64,000 bases of DNA. Source: Octopus vulgaris (lineage: Eukaryota). Of the stretch, positions 28,780 through 43,485 are shown one piece after another (the first letter of the stretch is position 1; every line of letters begins with the position of its first letter). A program made the translations under genes and the position numbers. The notes beneath the pieces were generated by a model that saw only the letters and a list, made by a program, of their open reading frames with translations, was not told where the DNA came from and made no database searches. The stretch lies in contig OX597823.1 of the NCBI GenBank assembly GCA_951406725.2, positions 47,616,001 through 47,680,000 on the forward strand, given 5' to 3'.

Positions 28780-29940
28780 TTCATCTAATGGGAGAGTCGT
28801 GGGGGAAAAATCTCCAAGCACGCCTTCCATCTGGTCCTTTCTGAAATAATCGCTTCCAGTAGACCCGGCTGGATCCCCTAACGGGACCAACTGAGCTCGT
28901 GGGTGTTGTCTAACCATCTTACTTGTGGTTTACCCCTGAGTCTCCAGTAGGTGGGTTTTACCGTCCGCAGTATCGGAGCTGTGATCTCTCAATTCGGAGA
29001 AGTAGCAGCTCTACCTGGAGTCCCTTTCTGATTTCTGATCTACATACTCTATTGACTAACGCTATTCCAAAGAATTCTCTCTGAGGAACTCCATCTCGGC
29101 TGCTTGTACTCACGATGGTATTCTTTCGGTCATTACCCAAGATTCATAACCATCGTAAGGGTAACCACGAATCATGTGCGGTAAGTATATCGTCATCATT
29201 TTACCGCAGGGTAAGTTCGCCATCATCAATTCACCGCTTTTTTTTTCTTCAATAAAACAGTTTTTAACTATTAATGGTGAGATACTATAGATATATTTTT
29301 ATATTTTCTCAGTAAACTTTTCTAGTGGAAAGTTACTATACGTAAATTGATGGCAGCGAACTTACTTGTAATCTGCTATATCAAACGGAAGATAGCGAGT
29401 TTGTTTTTACACCTATCTCTCTTCTTCTTATGATCAAATGTTGAAGCAGGCGTGTTACTGCACCATGTCCTGCAATTATTGTATTTAACTGAGCCTCCTG
29501 CCTTCCATTACTTGTGAAAACGGCCCTGAGATACTTGAAATTTTCCATCTGCTTCAGTGGAACTTCATTCACATGTAGAGTGCATTGTGCAGGCTTCCTT
29601 GAGAGGATAGAGGAGAAGTGTCTCAGTCTTTGCAGTACTGATTTTTCATTCCTACCAAACAGCCCTCGACAGTGAATCTATCACGTACATGACGGAGATC
29701 ACAGTAAAGACGTCCAAGGTTAAGACATGAGAGGACTTTGGGATTAAGCTACAATCCGACTTCAGATCATCAAATAAAATATTCTGTAAGACCAACGGTC
29801 GACTTCGTAGTAAGAAATACCCTTCTATGCCCACTATCAGGAATCACTTGAGGTCCTTCTGTCTGAAAAGAAGTACATCTTCGCGAGGTGGAGAGAATAC
29901 TTTGCTGATCTCCTAAACCCGGTCATATTTTCTAACGTAC
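28780..29940 (-). mobile_element. Decayed RTE-clade LINE with inverted 5' segment
   Basis: Minus strand: MKISTAKTE, LKQMENFKYLRAVFTSNGR, LQVELLLLRIERSQLRY. Plus strand 29650-29940: LLSEKKYIFARWREYFADLLNP. Confidence 0.8.
29207..29369. mobile_element. Small MITE inserted in an RTE fragment
   Basis: Inverted repeats GTAAGTTCGCCATCATCAATT / AATTGATGGCAGCGAACTTAC. Confidence 0.65.
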
Positions 29941-30505
29941 TTGAAGTGCTTTTAATAGCGATGCTAAATGGACACCTTCCGGGCGAACAAACAACCAGGC
30001 ACCAAACAGCGGCAGTGTGTGGGTGAATGAAGTACCAAGTGACAGTGTTAGCTCTCAAGAAAGCTCGTACATAAAAATAATATGGCGTCGATTTCAGTCA
30101 TATCTAGATGTGAGGCACTATTTATCTTAGTAGTTGTGAATACGATAACCTAAAACTTTTGCCGTTTAATACAAAGATGGTAAAAACAAAATGACACTCT
30201 TCGGATAAAAGTCAAGATGCATGTAATAGCAACTAACCAAGTCGGGGAAATCAACTAAAGCTGGTTATGAGGATCATTGCTATATACACAGATACAGTGA
30301 CAAGACAGGAAACAAGGGTTAGCTACTGCAAGTTGCGGAACTATCATGAGAAATTCTGGTGGATTTTTTAAAAATTGAATAATGATCTGTATGAATAGTA
30401 CAAAAAGGTTGAGGAAGTTAACTCGGTTAGTTATATAAAAAGGATGACGAGGGAGCTAAAGGGATTCGAAATACTTTAATTATTCACATTTCAGTGCCAA
30501 ACAGG

Positions 30506-30648
30506 CAATAGCGTAGCTAGAGTGTGTGCCGCCCCAGGACCCCACAAAAAAAAACCACGTATTGCCTACAGCAGACCCAAAAGTTCCGCCCCTTTAAAAG
30601 TGCAGCCCGGAGCGGACCGCACCCACCCTCCTCTCAGATACGCCGGTG
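30506..30648. mobile_element. hAT-type MITE
   Basis: 8-bp direct repeat CAAACAGG on both sides (30498-30505, 30649-30656). Imperfect TIRs CAATAGCGTAGCT / AGATACGCCGGTG. Confidence 0.75.
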
Positions 30649-30804
30649 CAAACAGGTACAGCAGATAGCCATCTTCCTTTTAAAAAATGCTGCTCTTTCT
30701 ACAGACTATCAAAACGCACATTTGTGACACCTTGGGCAAGTGTCTTCTACTATAGCCTCGGACCGGAAACTGAAAGAAGCCTGTCGTATATATGTATATA
30801 TATA

Positions 30805-30884
<80 letters not shown>

Positions 30885-32050
30885 TTGTATATATGTATTT
30901 ATGTATGTATGAATGTGTGTGTGTGTATGTTTATGTGTCTGTGTTTGTCCCCCAACATCGCTTGACAACCGATGTTGGTGGGTTTACGTCCTCGTAACTT
31001 AGTGGTTCGGCACAAGAGACCGATAGAATAAGTATTAGGCTTACAAAGAATAAGTCCTGGGGTCGATTTGCACGACTAAAGGCGGTGCTGCAGTATGTTT
31101 CAAATGACTGAAACAAGTAAAAAAAAATAATAATAACTAGTGGATTCTTTTTTTGAAGAAACCAAGAGGAATACGACCCACGACCTAAGTGACAGCAATA
31201 ATAACAACACTGAAACAAGATTGCTGTCATTACACGTAGAGCAGTAACTGTTTTACAATTTTTTTTTTTAACAAAAAGAAATAAGTGATGAATATAAACA
31301 ACTCGGCGAAATTCAGACTAAACTTCATCATTTGCACGAATAAACTTGATTATTAGCTTATAAGAACGTACTATCTCGATAGTATCCGCTATCGATCAAG
31401 TTACTAAAGAACTCTTGATACGAACTGAAATTCTCAACTGTAAGACACTGAATGTCCTGCATTGTTTTGTAGTTAGAGTTTGTCAGCAAATGGGAATAAC
31501 AACGATCAATTGCAACGGAAAACATAGGCAAAATGGATCACCTCACTCCAAAAGAGCATCGATGGAACCAGAAAAAATATTGGACAATTGAATACTATCA
31601 TTTAATGCGAAATATATAATAAATTCACGAACCACAGCTGTGGCATTATATTAGATTATTGAAGGTAGACTGGAAATGTCGACAAAAGATGTTCTTACTG
31701 CTAAACACGAATTGCAAACGGTAAGTCAAAAGTATCGTTAGCGTAAGAAATTCCTAAAACATAGAATCATTAGTACCACGTTTGCATTAAACTACAAGCG
31801 GTATATCCAGAATGAAAGCCATACTATCAAGGACATAAAAAAGCCTGTTAGGGGAATGTAAACGCTACATGATAGTATCTGCCGAGGAAAGAGAAATTAA
31901 TGTCACTTCCATCTTCTTTGTTTTTTTTTTGATGACATTCATCTACATTTAAGTAATCAAACAAAGACTCGGTTAAAACAGGTCACTCGATTCTCATGTG
32001 ACAGCAATGGAGGTTAGGATAAGTATGCATATTTGCATGTGTCTATATGC

Positions 32051-32111
<61 letters not shown>

Positions 32112-32216
32112 TTAATCCAAACAAGAAAACACAGAAAAAAAGAGAAAAAAAACACAGCAACGCAGGACGTGGAACAATTAAAGTATTATTGACGCTCAGG
32201 AAAGAAGGGAAGGAGG

Positions 32217-32251
32217 GTTTAACGTTTCGAGCGGAGCTCTTCGTCGGAAAC
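32217..32251 (-). ncRNA. Minimal hammerhead-like motif of the Penelope-associated type
   Basis: Minus strand GTTT-CCGACGA-A-GAGC-TCC-GCTC-GAA-ACGT-T-AAAC. Stem I GTTT/AAAC, stem II GAGC/GCTC, palindromic ACGT stem III. The core has U4>C. Confidence 0.5.
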
Positions 32252-32304
32252 AAGGAGAAGGAAAGATCCCAAGAAGGGAAGACAGAGGAAAAAATATTTG
32301 AGCT

Positions 32305-32389
<85 letters not shown>

Positions 32390-34395
32390 ATGTATACATA
32401 TATATGTATATATACATGTGTATATATGTATGTATATATATTTATATGTATGTATGCATGCATGTATATATAGGGAAATCATGCATGCATGTATATATAG
32501 GGAGCGAGATAGAGAAAGTGGTTTTAATGTGTGTGTGCGCACGTTCATACATACAGGCATACACGCACAAATAATCCTTTTCCATGCTGATAAGAGTTGA
32601 ATTAATGGACTCAATGAAAAACGATACTCCGACAGCGTTGCTGAATTTACATTTGTGAAGAGTAGAGATCGTGAAATACTGTATGACAGATAATACTACA
32701 AGAACATGGAAAACCATATGAAGGGAATAACGCCAAACATTAATACATACACTAACAAATAGATACACTCGCACATTAACTGTGTAAGAAAATAATTGTT
32801 TTGTAATACTTGTATGACTGAATATTTTTATTGATGCAAGTAGGAATGTTTTCAGAATGGCAGTAACAAGATATTGATTTAAAAAAAACGAAACAACAGC
32901 ACTCCATAGAGTAAATATTGCAGTGGTTATTGTTCTCCACATTGCCTTTAGCTTTAGAAGATATATTTCACTATGGTGTTAAAATCTAATTTAATGGCCA
33001 AATGTGAAACCGAGGGTTTTTTTTATTTACTTTTTTGAAGCGTTTCTGAAGGAATGCCTGTGACGATACATACGAATTTAAAGGAGTTTCAGTTCATACC
33101 GACATAAGCTTTAAAGTTGCTGTTAATAACTAAACCTTGGTGCTGCTCTATAGCTTTAGCAAAGCGTAGTTGTTGGTAGCAATGCTATAATATGTGTTGG
33201 TGTACTGTTGACCCCTGATTTTGCTTATTCATGTTTTTAGAATACATTGAATTATGATTGGGGAAAAATGAGGGATTAAAAAACATCTGTATTAGCTGGA
33301 TAGGATCGCTGTTCAGCGAGGATATGGATATGCTTGAAGTTTTATGATTTAAATTATTTTATTTCTTTGAGAGGTATGAAAAATGTTCCTCCTTTCATTG
33401 AGTCTGTCCACTGATTAGGTTATTATGTTTAGCTTCCGTGTTAAACGAGGTTGCGCCTGCAGCCTCGCCAATAATATTTGTTCATAGTAATGATAAACTA
33501 ATTTATTGGCTGAGTGACTGTTCTACGTTCCTATAAAAACCGTACGAATTTGGAAACCGACGTAGCACGGACCTTCTTTTAATCTCAGTGCGTATCTTTT
33601 CTTAAATGAGTTTCCTGTAAGACGAATATAAATCTTTACCGTTTAAATCGGGGATGTTGGATCTGTGTAACAGTTCTTTTTCAGGGCATTTGTTCAGAGG
33701 ACAGTTTTCTGAAAATTTGAAGTCGCATAGACATTGTGGAGAGTATCTTGCTGGCGTACGCATTAATATTTTCATATAATTTTCTATGTCCTTATCCATA
33801 ATTTTCTATATTCTTAAACCATCTCCTACTTAGAGTATTTCATATTTATCACCCTTAACATTCGGAAAGCATCATGTCGATCTACAATGTTTTTTTTTCA
33901 GACTTGGAATCAGTTACCATCTTGACCAATATGGAGAAGCTGTGTGGTAAGAAGCCTGCTTCCCAATCATATGGTTCCGGGTTCAGTACCACCGCATGGC
34001 TTCTCAGGCAAGTGTCTTCTACTGTATTCTCAGGCCGACGTAACATAGCAGTTCAGCAAAAGAGACCGATAGAATAAGTTCTAGGCTTACAAAGAATATA
34101 TTCTGGGATCGATTTGTTCGAGTAAAGGCGGTGCTCCAGCATGGCCGCAGTAAAATGACTGAAACAAGTAAAAAATATGAAGAATACATACACGCACGCA
34201 CACACACACACATACACACACACATATAGCTATTGGTAAAATCTCAGTAAGAGATGGGAGTAGTGACTATATTAGCTATACTAAATCCGTGGGCTGCACA
34301 TATCACCAGCTGGCGGAAGATCTGCCTGGAGTGAAACTAGTTGTAACATTGATCAGCCATATTGATGTGGCGATTAACTTTATTTGTTATATGTG

Positions 34396-34454
<59 letters not shown>

Positions 34455-35199
34455 CATACACAGGCACACACACAGATATATATACATATATGCATACATA
34501 TACACACATACACACACATATACACGTACACATATATACATTTATAAATATAGACATACACTCTCACGCATATATAAAATAATACAAGCATGTACATATA
34601 CCTACATACGTACACATTCGTATATACATACATATATACACATACGCATGTGTATGTGTATATCCATACATATAATCGCTTACACATTTCATATATATAT
34701 ATACACTCACACACACACACACACATATATATGCATATACACGTCACATGTCACACACATATACATATATGTCAGAATCTATACATACTTATACATATAC
34801 ATGTATGAGTAATAGTGCGTTAATTAAGTGTACGCTCCTACGGACATGTATATGATTAACTTCATTACCTTAAGAAATAAGAGACAACATATACCGCTAC
34901 TTACGTCCTGTTGGACCAATGTGGGCATCCCGAGTTATGTGGAGTCGTATGTGCATATGATTTGCTTGGTTGTTGACTTTAATCTATCTAAGGGATATAT
35001 GGAAATGTATATATATATAGTTATTGGTATGTATAATTCTCTTCTTTAAACCTTATTCCTGTAAGTGAACCTTATTTCTGTAATTAGGTCACTCTACAAA
35101 TGATGTTTAGGCAGGTATTCTTTGTGACTATTACAGTTGCTAATCGTAGGACATTTATGTAATATTACTAGAATGTGTTAAATGAAGAGTTATTTAATA

Positions 35200-35830
35200 T
35201 TATGGTAGAATTATTCAAAGTTAGAGTAGAGGGGTAAGAGGTGAGAGGTTGTTGTGCTTAGTTATTTTCAGGAAAAGACTCAGTGTTACCGTTCAGTGGT
35301 TATGTCTTAAAGAAGAGAATTTGGTAGAATCCAGCGGTACAGAGTTGGGAAGATTTGTAGTTTGCTTGGTATCATTGATCATGGAACAGTGCTTTCTAAT
35401 TAATGATAAATGGTGTAATTTTTAACTTTAGAGTCCATATATGTTTAGATTGCGAAATGTTATTCTTCCTGTCTAGGTTGCAGAAAGTATGCGTGGGTTG
35501 GTTGTATTGTATTTTGAACTCGCTTGTTGTTAATCGTATATATGCGTGACTGGACTGTGGTTGGCGTTATAGTGTTCGTGGTTTGTGTTGCCCTATAGGG
35601 TATGTTATATGTGAAACAATTTTCGTTTAGAGAACGGATTGAACGGGTGTTACAGTTGCAGCTGGTGGTGTTAGGAGTGTGGTTTTGGTTTTCATATTCT
35701 AAAAGATTTTGGCAGTTATAATTTAGCTACAGTTATTTTCGAAGTTGTTAGTTGTGGAGTATGAAATTTTTATGTTATATTTATTTATTAGCTTGGCTGA
35801 GGGGATAGTTTTTTTAAGTACCTTGAAGGA
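35200..35830 (-). mobile_element. Penelope-like GIY-YIG region remnant
   Basis: Minus strand reads INKYNIKISYSTTNN, SCNCNTRSIRSLNENC..NIPYRA, AYIRLTTSEFK and SKHIWTLK, degenerate versions of Penelope-like linker/GIY-YIG motifs. Confidence 0.65.
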
Positions 35831-36599
35831 TAAACTTGCTTTGGTGTGGGGTCTTGTATGTAGAAGGAGATATTGAACAAGATAACTTTTCCCTTGAAAC
35901 ATTGTCAAAAAGGAGCAATGCTTTGATGGAAATATTATGTTTGGCACTGAATATTTTTACAGCAGGACAAAAATGATTGCAAACCACTCTTTAAAAAGGC
36001 TCTTAGTTATTCATGCCTTCTTATCTAAACGCTGAATTTGATTCAAATTAAATCTTGCACAACTCTTGATAGCCCTCGTATTTTTGGAAAGATCAGTAGC
36101 ATTTCATTCACTTTTGAATACACTAGGGTACTACATTATGTCATGCCAATATCTTTTAATATATATATGCAGTTCCTTAAATTGTTCATACTAGTGTTTC
36201 TCTTGTTGCTAATCATTAAGGAGTTGTGGATTGATACTGGCTACGATGGTACTGTGTTTTTTTTTTGTGTTGATGACAAATAGCAGTAGTGGTGACAGTT
36301 GATATACACACATACGTGCACGCACGCACGCACACACACATATATGTACACACACATGCACACACACGCACACCATACACGCAAACACATATTTGTATTA
36401 TCGTGACGGTAGTTTTTCAAATTGCTAACTATGATTTGATCTCAGCAAAAGGTGCTGAAATGCATTCTTTTGGCTAAGAAGACAGAATAGATTTTTATAA
36501 AGTTATCCAAGTTTCCATGAGGTCCAAATCTACAGACCTTATCCAGAAATTAGGGTACATTTACAATTTACTTTACAATTTACATAAGTAGGAGTCCCA

Positions 36600-36895
36600 T
36601 AACCTATAAAGAGTAAAGAGCCCCTTTAATCATGACTGACCATGGGATTGCACCCAGAAAGTAACCCTCCAAGGCACAAGTACAGACACAAGTCCATGCC
36701 ACCGATGTTATCCAGGGAAAGGCAAAGACCAATACGGCTTGGCACCACAACTCATTTTTACAGCTGAGTGAACTGGAGCAATGTGAAATAAAAGTCATGC
36801 TCAAGAACACAACACACATACTGGTCCGGAAATCAAACTCACTACCTCATGATTGAGTGCCTGACACACTAACCACAGAGCCATGCACCTTCACC
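36600..36895 (-). mobile_element. Third SINE family (related pieces at about 11570, 19330 and 46590)
   Basis: Shared blocks TTTACAGCTGAGTGRACTGGAGCAATGTGAAAT and CATGACTGACCATGGGATTGCACC.AGAAAG. Confidence 0.7.
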
Positions 36896-38339
36896 TATAA
36901 CCTATATATGTAAATATATGTGCACAAAATCTCTCTCATTGTATGACAGGTACCTAAATTGGTAAAAATCTATTGCAGGAACAGTTTCAAATTCATATCT
37001 TTAAAATCCTTGAACTACAGATACATTCTCCACTTCATTGAGAAGCAGTGCTTTGGTGTCCATCTTCATTGTACAATAATTATGTGTACATCCATCTTGT
37101 TTATCCGAAATTATTTTCTGCCAAAGAACAAAAAAAAAAAAAAGAAAAGAAAATGAATGATTTAGATCTGATTGCAGTGTCTAATCTACTTTCATAATCA
37201 ACTGCTTCGCTCTTCACCAAATATACAGCAGATATTTGAATTAGTGCATAATAAATACAGCACTGTAAAAAGTCTATACTTCATTTTTTTTTGTGACACT
37301 ACACAACGCCTACACATGCATATGTATGCATGTGTGTTTGTGTGTGTGTGTGTATGCATATATATATATATACACACACACACATACACGCATATATATA
37401 TATATACATCCATATATGTACATGTATACATATCTATATCTATATATATACATATTCACACACATATCATCATCATCATCCTCAACATCGTCAGCCTCAT
37501 CATTATTTAAGTTCTGTTTTCTATACTGGCATGGGTCAGACGGTTTTGACAGGGACTGGCAAGGCCTGGAACTGCACCCAGTTCCATTGCGTGTTTTGAC
37601 AAGGTTTCTACAACTGGATGCCCTTCCTAACACCAATCACTTTACAGCGTGTACCGGGTGCTTTTTATGTAGCACCATTACAAGTGCATTTGATATGTCA
37701 TCAACTCCAGTGCTTTTTATGTGGCACTAGCATTAGTGCTTTATATATATGCAGTAGTATACTATATTATATATACATTAGTGTATGATATATATATATA
37801 TACATCATAATCATCAACATTTAACATCCGTTTTCCATGCTGGCATAGGTTGGACAGCCTGACAGAAACTGGGACGGCTATGGGCAGCACCAGATTCCAT
37901 AGTCTGTTTTGGCCTTGTTTCTATGGTTGGATGCCCTTCATAATACCAACCACTTTGCAGAGTGTAGAAGGTGCTTTTTATGTGGTTGTGGCACCATCAC
38001 CAGTGCTTTTTACATGGCACCAGCACCCATACTGATGCTTTCTACCTGGCACCTTAGATTTAAGATCTCAATTCTGTTGTGGTGGGTAGGTTTTCTGAAA
38101 TATATGTTAGTGTATTATATATTATAAATACATATATGATATACAAATTTACATTATATGTGAGTATACCCACTACACTCTTGGAATGGTTGGCGTTTGG
38201 AAGGGCATCCAGTTGTAGAAACTCTGCCAGATCAAGATTGAAGCCTGGTGCAGCCATCTGGTTCGCCAGCCCTCAGTCATTCGTCCAAGCCATGCTAGCA
38301 TGGAAAGCGGACGTTAAACGATGATAATAATGATGATGA

Positions 38340-38381
<42 letters not shown>

Positions 38382-39093
38382 ATATTTATATAAACATATG
38401 TGGGTGTGTGTGTAATTTACATTATATATAGTATTATATGTATATATGTATACAGATAGGTAGACAAACAGATAGACAGACAGATGCAAGTAACAATAGC
38501 CTATTTAAGACTCCTGTGTTGGAAATTCTATGATTCAATAGGCAGTCTGCAATAATAATTAAGATCAGTTGATCTCAAGTTATAAAAACAAGCAGCATTA
38601 AGAAAGATGATTGTCTGATTCAATGATTGAGAATGTGAATGCTCATACAAATACACATGAGTGGCAGTGGAAGGCAAAGTACAATACACATAAAATGGAC
38701 ACATTAAAGCTTTGCCAGCTGACACGGTAGACGTCCACAATATTATTCCTCATCTTTGTATTCCATAATCATTTTGTATTCCATATGTCTAGCACCCGTG
38801 GGCATGCTTACAAAGTAAAAAAAAACAGCACAGCACCCATGACTTTCGGAAATATTTTTCACATTCAGTAGTTGGCTGTTGGGATATTACATCTTTCAAA
38901 ACTTTCACTCTTCCCAAAATTCATAAACAGTTTACCCAATGTCCACATCAACTTTTTATTAATGACTCGTTCAGTTTACTTCATGCACATTATTCTATGT
39001 ACTGTACGTACCCTTTTTTGTTACCTTTCCCAATTAGCTGTAGTGCACTTGAGCACTGTATTCAATAAATTTATCATCATAAATTTATTATCA

Positions 39094-39330
39094 AGGTGGT
39101 GATTTGGCAGAAAGGTTAGCACGCAGGACGAAATGCTTAATGGTATTTCGTCTGCCGTTACGGTCTGAGTTCAAATTCCGCCGAGGTCAACTTTGCTTTT
39201 CATCCTTTCGGGGTCGATTAAATAAGTACCAGTTATACACTGGGGCTGATGTAATTGACTTAATCCCTTTGTCTGTCCTTGTTTGTCCCCTCTATGTTTG
39301 GCCCCTTGTGGGCAATAAAGAAATAAAATA
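39094..39330 (+). mobile_element. SINE family B with the GGCCCCTTGTGGGCAATAAAG tail
   Basis: Full-length copy whose last ~47 nt match the 3' end of the array units. Confidence 0.88.
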
Positions 39331-40965
39331 AATAAATAAATAAATTTATTATCATTACATAGCTGAATAAGGTGGTAAGCTGGCAGATTCATTAGCATAC
39401 TGGACAAAATGCCTTACATTCTGAGTTCAAATTCAGCTCAGGTCGACTTTACCTCTCTTTCTTTTGGAGTCAATAAAATAAGTACCAGTTGAGCAGTGGA
39501 GTTGATGTAATCCACAGGTCCATCCCCCAAATTTCAGGCCTTGTGCCTATTGCAGAAAGGATTATTACATATATGAATAAAGGAAGTTTATTATTATTAT
39601 TATACTGGACCCAGTACCAAGAACAGAATAATTAGTTTAATCAATTAGTTGTCCTAGTTAATGAATTAAATCTTCAATATAATAAACTAAAAGAATTAAA
39701 TGAAGGAAAACTATGGAAAATAAAACAACAAAAATTAAGATAGAATCAAGTGCTTCAAAGAATATGCTTTATTTGCAGTCAAGTAAGAAAGCAAAATGCA
39801 TATCGAAAATTATTATGAAACAACTATTGAAAGACAACTATGTATGCTCAAATCTTTGTCACGGTATATACCAATATCATGGGATGGGAACTTGGATCTC
39901 AATGTATCAAATATATAGAGACCTACAAGAATGACTATCAAAATATCAAAATAAGCCAGTTTATTGTTTGTCCTCAGAAAGCTTAAGTCAAACTGGGAAT
40001 AATATTTTTTCATAGGCATTTTCTCTGCTAACCCCCAAAATATTAAACAAACAAAAATAGCACTGTTGCACTAAATGATTGTATCAAATGTTTGGTAACA
40101 ATCTGTTGTGACAAGACACTAATCCTATATTTAATACAGAGACTCTTTAATATTAAATATTTAATATTTTACATTTAGTATCAAATATATTAAAGGTAAA
40201 TATATTAACACATGTATTAAAATATTTTAATATTTATTACTAAATTCTGGCCTTGTGCCAAAATTTGAAACCAATATTTATTACCAATATTTATTGCTAA
40301 ATTTCAAATTTAACAGTAAGCTACTGATATTAATCATATTAACAGGTAATATATTGGTTTCAAATTTTGGCTCAAGGCCAGCAATTAGGGGGAAGGTGGT
40401 AGGTTGATTACATTGACCCCAGTACTTAACTGGTACTTATTTTATCAACCATAAAAGGATGAAAGGCAAAGTCAACCCTGGCAACATTTCAACTCAGAAC
40501 ATAAAATCAGAAGAAATGCCGCTAAGCATTTTGTCTGGTGCAGCAACAATTTTGCCAGATTGCTACCCATTAATAGATATATATATATTAAAATATTTTG
40601 ATATTTGATATTATTTAATATCAAATACATTAAGTGTTATAACATAAGACAAATAACACATTTGTGCTCATATAATAACTTTATAAATGCACAAAGAAAA
40701 CATGGAAACAATTCCAAACTGAAGTGCAAAATGGTGAACTGTAACTTCAATTGTCCACGATGCAAAATGAACTGTCTATACCATGGTAAGTGTGCTAAGG
40801 TGAAAAGAGTAAGTCCACAACAATAAATCAATGTAAATCTAACATCACCTGATAGACTCCATAAAGTGTCCCCCTGGATGAATTGATGTAAACTTAAATA
40901 ATAGACAATCTGGGAGTGAAAAATATCACATGACAAAATCGTGTCCATTGATTGGATGACACTAA

Positions 40966-41353
40966 TCTCTATATATATATAAAACTGAAGTTGTCTGTGT
41001 ATGGCAGGTTTGGTAGCCTTCAACTAACACTATCTCCTCCGAGACCCTGCAGTGCAAGTTGACCAAAATAGAGAGAATGATAGAAGAAGGCTTGCTCTTC
41101 CTTCCGTAGAAGAAAAAATTCAAATCGAACCATGTTAACACCAAAATTTATTTACACCAAAAAGGTGGGGGTTTTTTCTATGAAAATCCCTATTTTTTAC
41201 GATTTTTTGACTGCCATTTTTCGGTGTATTTCAACCAGAAAAATGTTCACTTAAAGAGAATAACAAGCTACGTAATGCAAAATTTTTACTTTTCAAAAAT
41301 TCCAATTCTAAAGAGTCGAAACAAACCCAAGCAACGCTGAGTGATACTGCTAG
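40966..41353 (+). mobile_element. Non-autonomous Helitron (different body, same 3' end)
   Basis: A|TCTCTATATATATATAAAACTG start, ending ACAAACCCAAGCAACGCTGAGTGATACTGCTAG|T. Confidence 0.8.
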
Positions 41354-41539
41354 TAAGTGATGTTTTGTGTTGAGACAACTGGAGTTGTCTCATTAAGTAT
41401 ACTAACTTGGCCTGTTAAGTCTATATCATTCAAAGGTTTTCCCTTCAATTACCTACTGATTCTCTTTACTTTCTTATAATGACTATTCCAGAATATACAG
41501 GTAGTATTTCATGCTACTGACATTGCAATTTACTTTCTT

Positions 41540-41960
41540 GTTATACTTCCAACTCATCAGGCGCAACAGTACTCTAATATTAACTACACGACAAGATCTC
41601 TTCTAATCATAGCTAAAACAGCATCACAAAGACTAACAGCCCTCTTAAGAGTCAGAACCATTCCATCCATGCCAGCAAACAACGACTGATTCTTTATAAA
41701 GCTAAAAGGAGAAAGATGATAGAGTACTGCTCCTACATCTGTTCCAGATGGTGTTGCTGCTATACATGCAGATGTCTTAGATGAGCATCCAAAGAAACGA
41801 CGCTCAACTAGTTGGCATGAAGTCACTCAGCAGTGTACTCCGACATCTGTTTCCCCTCTCTTTATTTATCCACTGCTATCACAGTGCCTTTTGATTTTCA
41901 GTTCTGTCTAATTTTGTACCACTTTCCCTCATGCACACTTAAACTGATTATTTCACCTCC
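41540..41960 (+). mobile_element. Degenerate CR1/Jockey-group LINE RT C-terminal fragment
   Basis: Plus strand IAKTASQRLTALLRVR..(frameshift)..RLILYKAKRRKMIEYCSYI resembles the L..LYK..IRP.MEYCS.IW motif. Confidence 0.6.
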
Positions 41961-42327
41961 ATTGTGTCCATCGTCAAATCCTTCCCTAACAACTATGACT
42001 ACACTACATGAAAATGATGGTACTCCTGGAATTCCCTCCCTTTACATGGTTTTCCTGATGTTTTTTACTTGCTACTATTTTAGGATGAATGTTAACTGTC
42101 TGACTCAGTGGTCGGTGGAGTTCGTATGCCTCTTGAGGGTCTACAAAAAATTTTGCTAAAAATTATGTGCAATAAATTGCTTATATTTCTTCAATACTCA
42201 AAATATTTTAGCAGGTTTTTTTTTCACACAATTCCTAAAATCTAATTACAAAAATATAATGTAATTTTTTTAATAACACTGAATGGCTATGAGGGTCCAG
42301 TAGAGCAATATAGATATTAAAAGGATC

Positions 42328-42746
42328 CGCAGGAGTAGGAGTGGTTGTGTGGTAAGTAACTTACTTATGAACCACTGGTTCTGGGTTCAGTCCCACTGCA
42401 TGGCACCTTGGGCAAGTGTCTTCTACTATAGCCTTGAGCCAACCAAAGCCTTGTGAGTGGATTTGGTAGATGGAAACTGAAAGAAGCCCGTCGTATATAT
42501 GTATATATATATGTATGTGTGTGTATATGTTTGTCTGTCAGTGTTTGTCCCCTCCCCCCAACATCGTATGACAACCAATGCCGGTGTGTTTAAGTTCCTG
42601 TAACTTAGCAGTTCAGCAAAAGAGACTGATAAAAGAAGTACTAGGCTTACAAAGAATAAGTCCTGGGGTCTATTTGCTCAACTAAAGGTGGTGCTCCAAC
42701 ATGACCACAGTCAAATGACTGAAACAGTAAAATAGTAAAAGAGAGT
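42328..42746 (+). mobile_element. SINE family A
   Basis: Same head, body and tail as 20359. Further partial copies at about 13853, 14965, 24460(-), 28390, 30727, 33930 and 51419. Confidence 0.88.
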
Positions 42747-43485
42747 AGGCAATGTATTACTTGTAAACTTTGACAGCAAAATCTTATATGGACCCTGATT
42801 GAGAACGACTGATCTAAACAATTGTATTGATCGGTTTGCTGTGTAATGCTATTTTGCATAAGAGGTGGAGCACAGCTAAGTCATGAGAGTTACTATATAT
42901 AGAAGTCAAACGGCTGATGATTGCATGAATGATAACTATGGCGATATGGACATATGAAGTGAATGGTAGTTATGTACGAACACTAGACACTACCAATGGC
43001 TGAGTTAGACTAAGAAAGAAGAGGTAATATCAAATTGTTGGATGCTGAGCAACACAGACGAGATGAAATGGGTTCAAGATGGGTTGTATTAGCATTAAGA
43101 TAGTAAACTGGTAGAATTGTGAGTACTGCAGTCAAAATATTTTGTGGCATTTAGTCTGCCATCATGTTCTGAGTTGAAATTTGGCCAAGGTCAACTCTGC
43201 CTTTCTTTCTTCTGGGGGGGATCAATGAAATAAGTACCAGTTGAACACTAGAGTCGATGTAATCAGCTTACCCTCTCCTCAGAAACAGCTTGCCTTGTGC
43301 CAAAAATTTGAAGCTTATATGTTGTATTAGCAGACATATTCATCTTATACCAACATGACAAAAAGAAAAGGCATAAAAACAAGAAGGACGATGATGATGA
43401 TGATGATGACGCCGATGCCGACGATGATGATGATGATGACGATGGTGGTGGTGGTGGTGGTAGACTAACTTTCTTGTCTATTCAT

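Noticed and set aside
31330-31860. Possible R4/Dong-type LINE N-terminal remnant
   Set aside because: Only faint similarity (WITSLQKSIDGTRKNIGQLN) with many stops. It needs a TBLASTN search.
33602-33799. CLC..CPLNKC motif suggesting another Penelope-like remnant
   Set aside because: The cysteine spacing fits, but the flanking motifs are too degenerate to support a call by eye.
34305-34345. Possible third hammerhead (CGGAAGA..GAAACTAGT)
   Set aside because: The core deviates from CUGANGA, and no convincing stem I or II forms.
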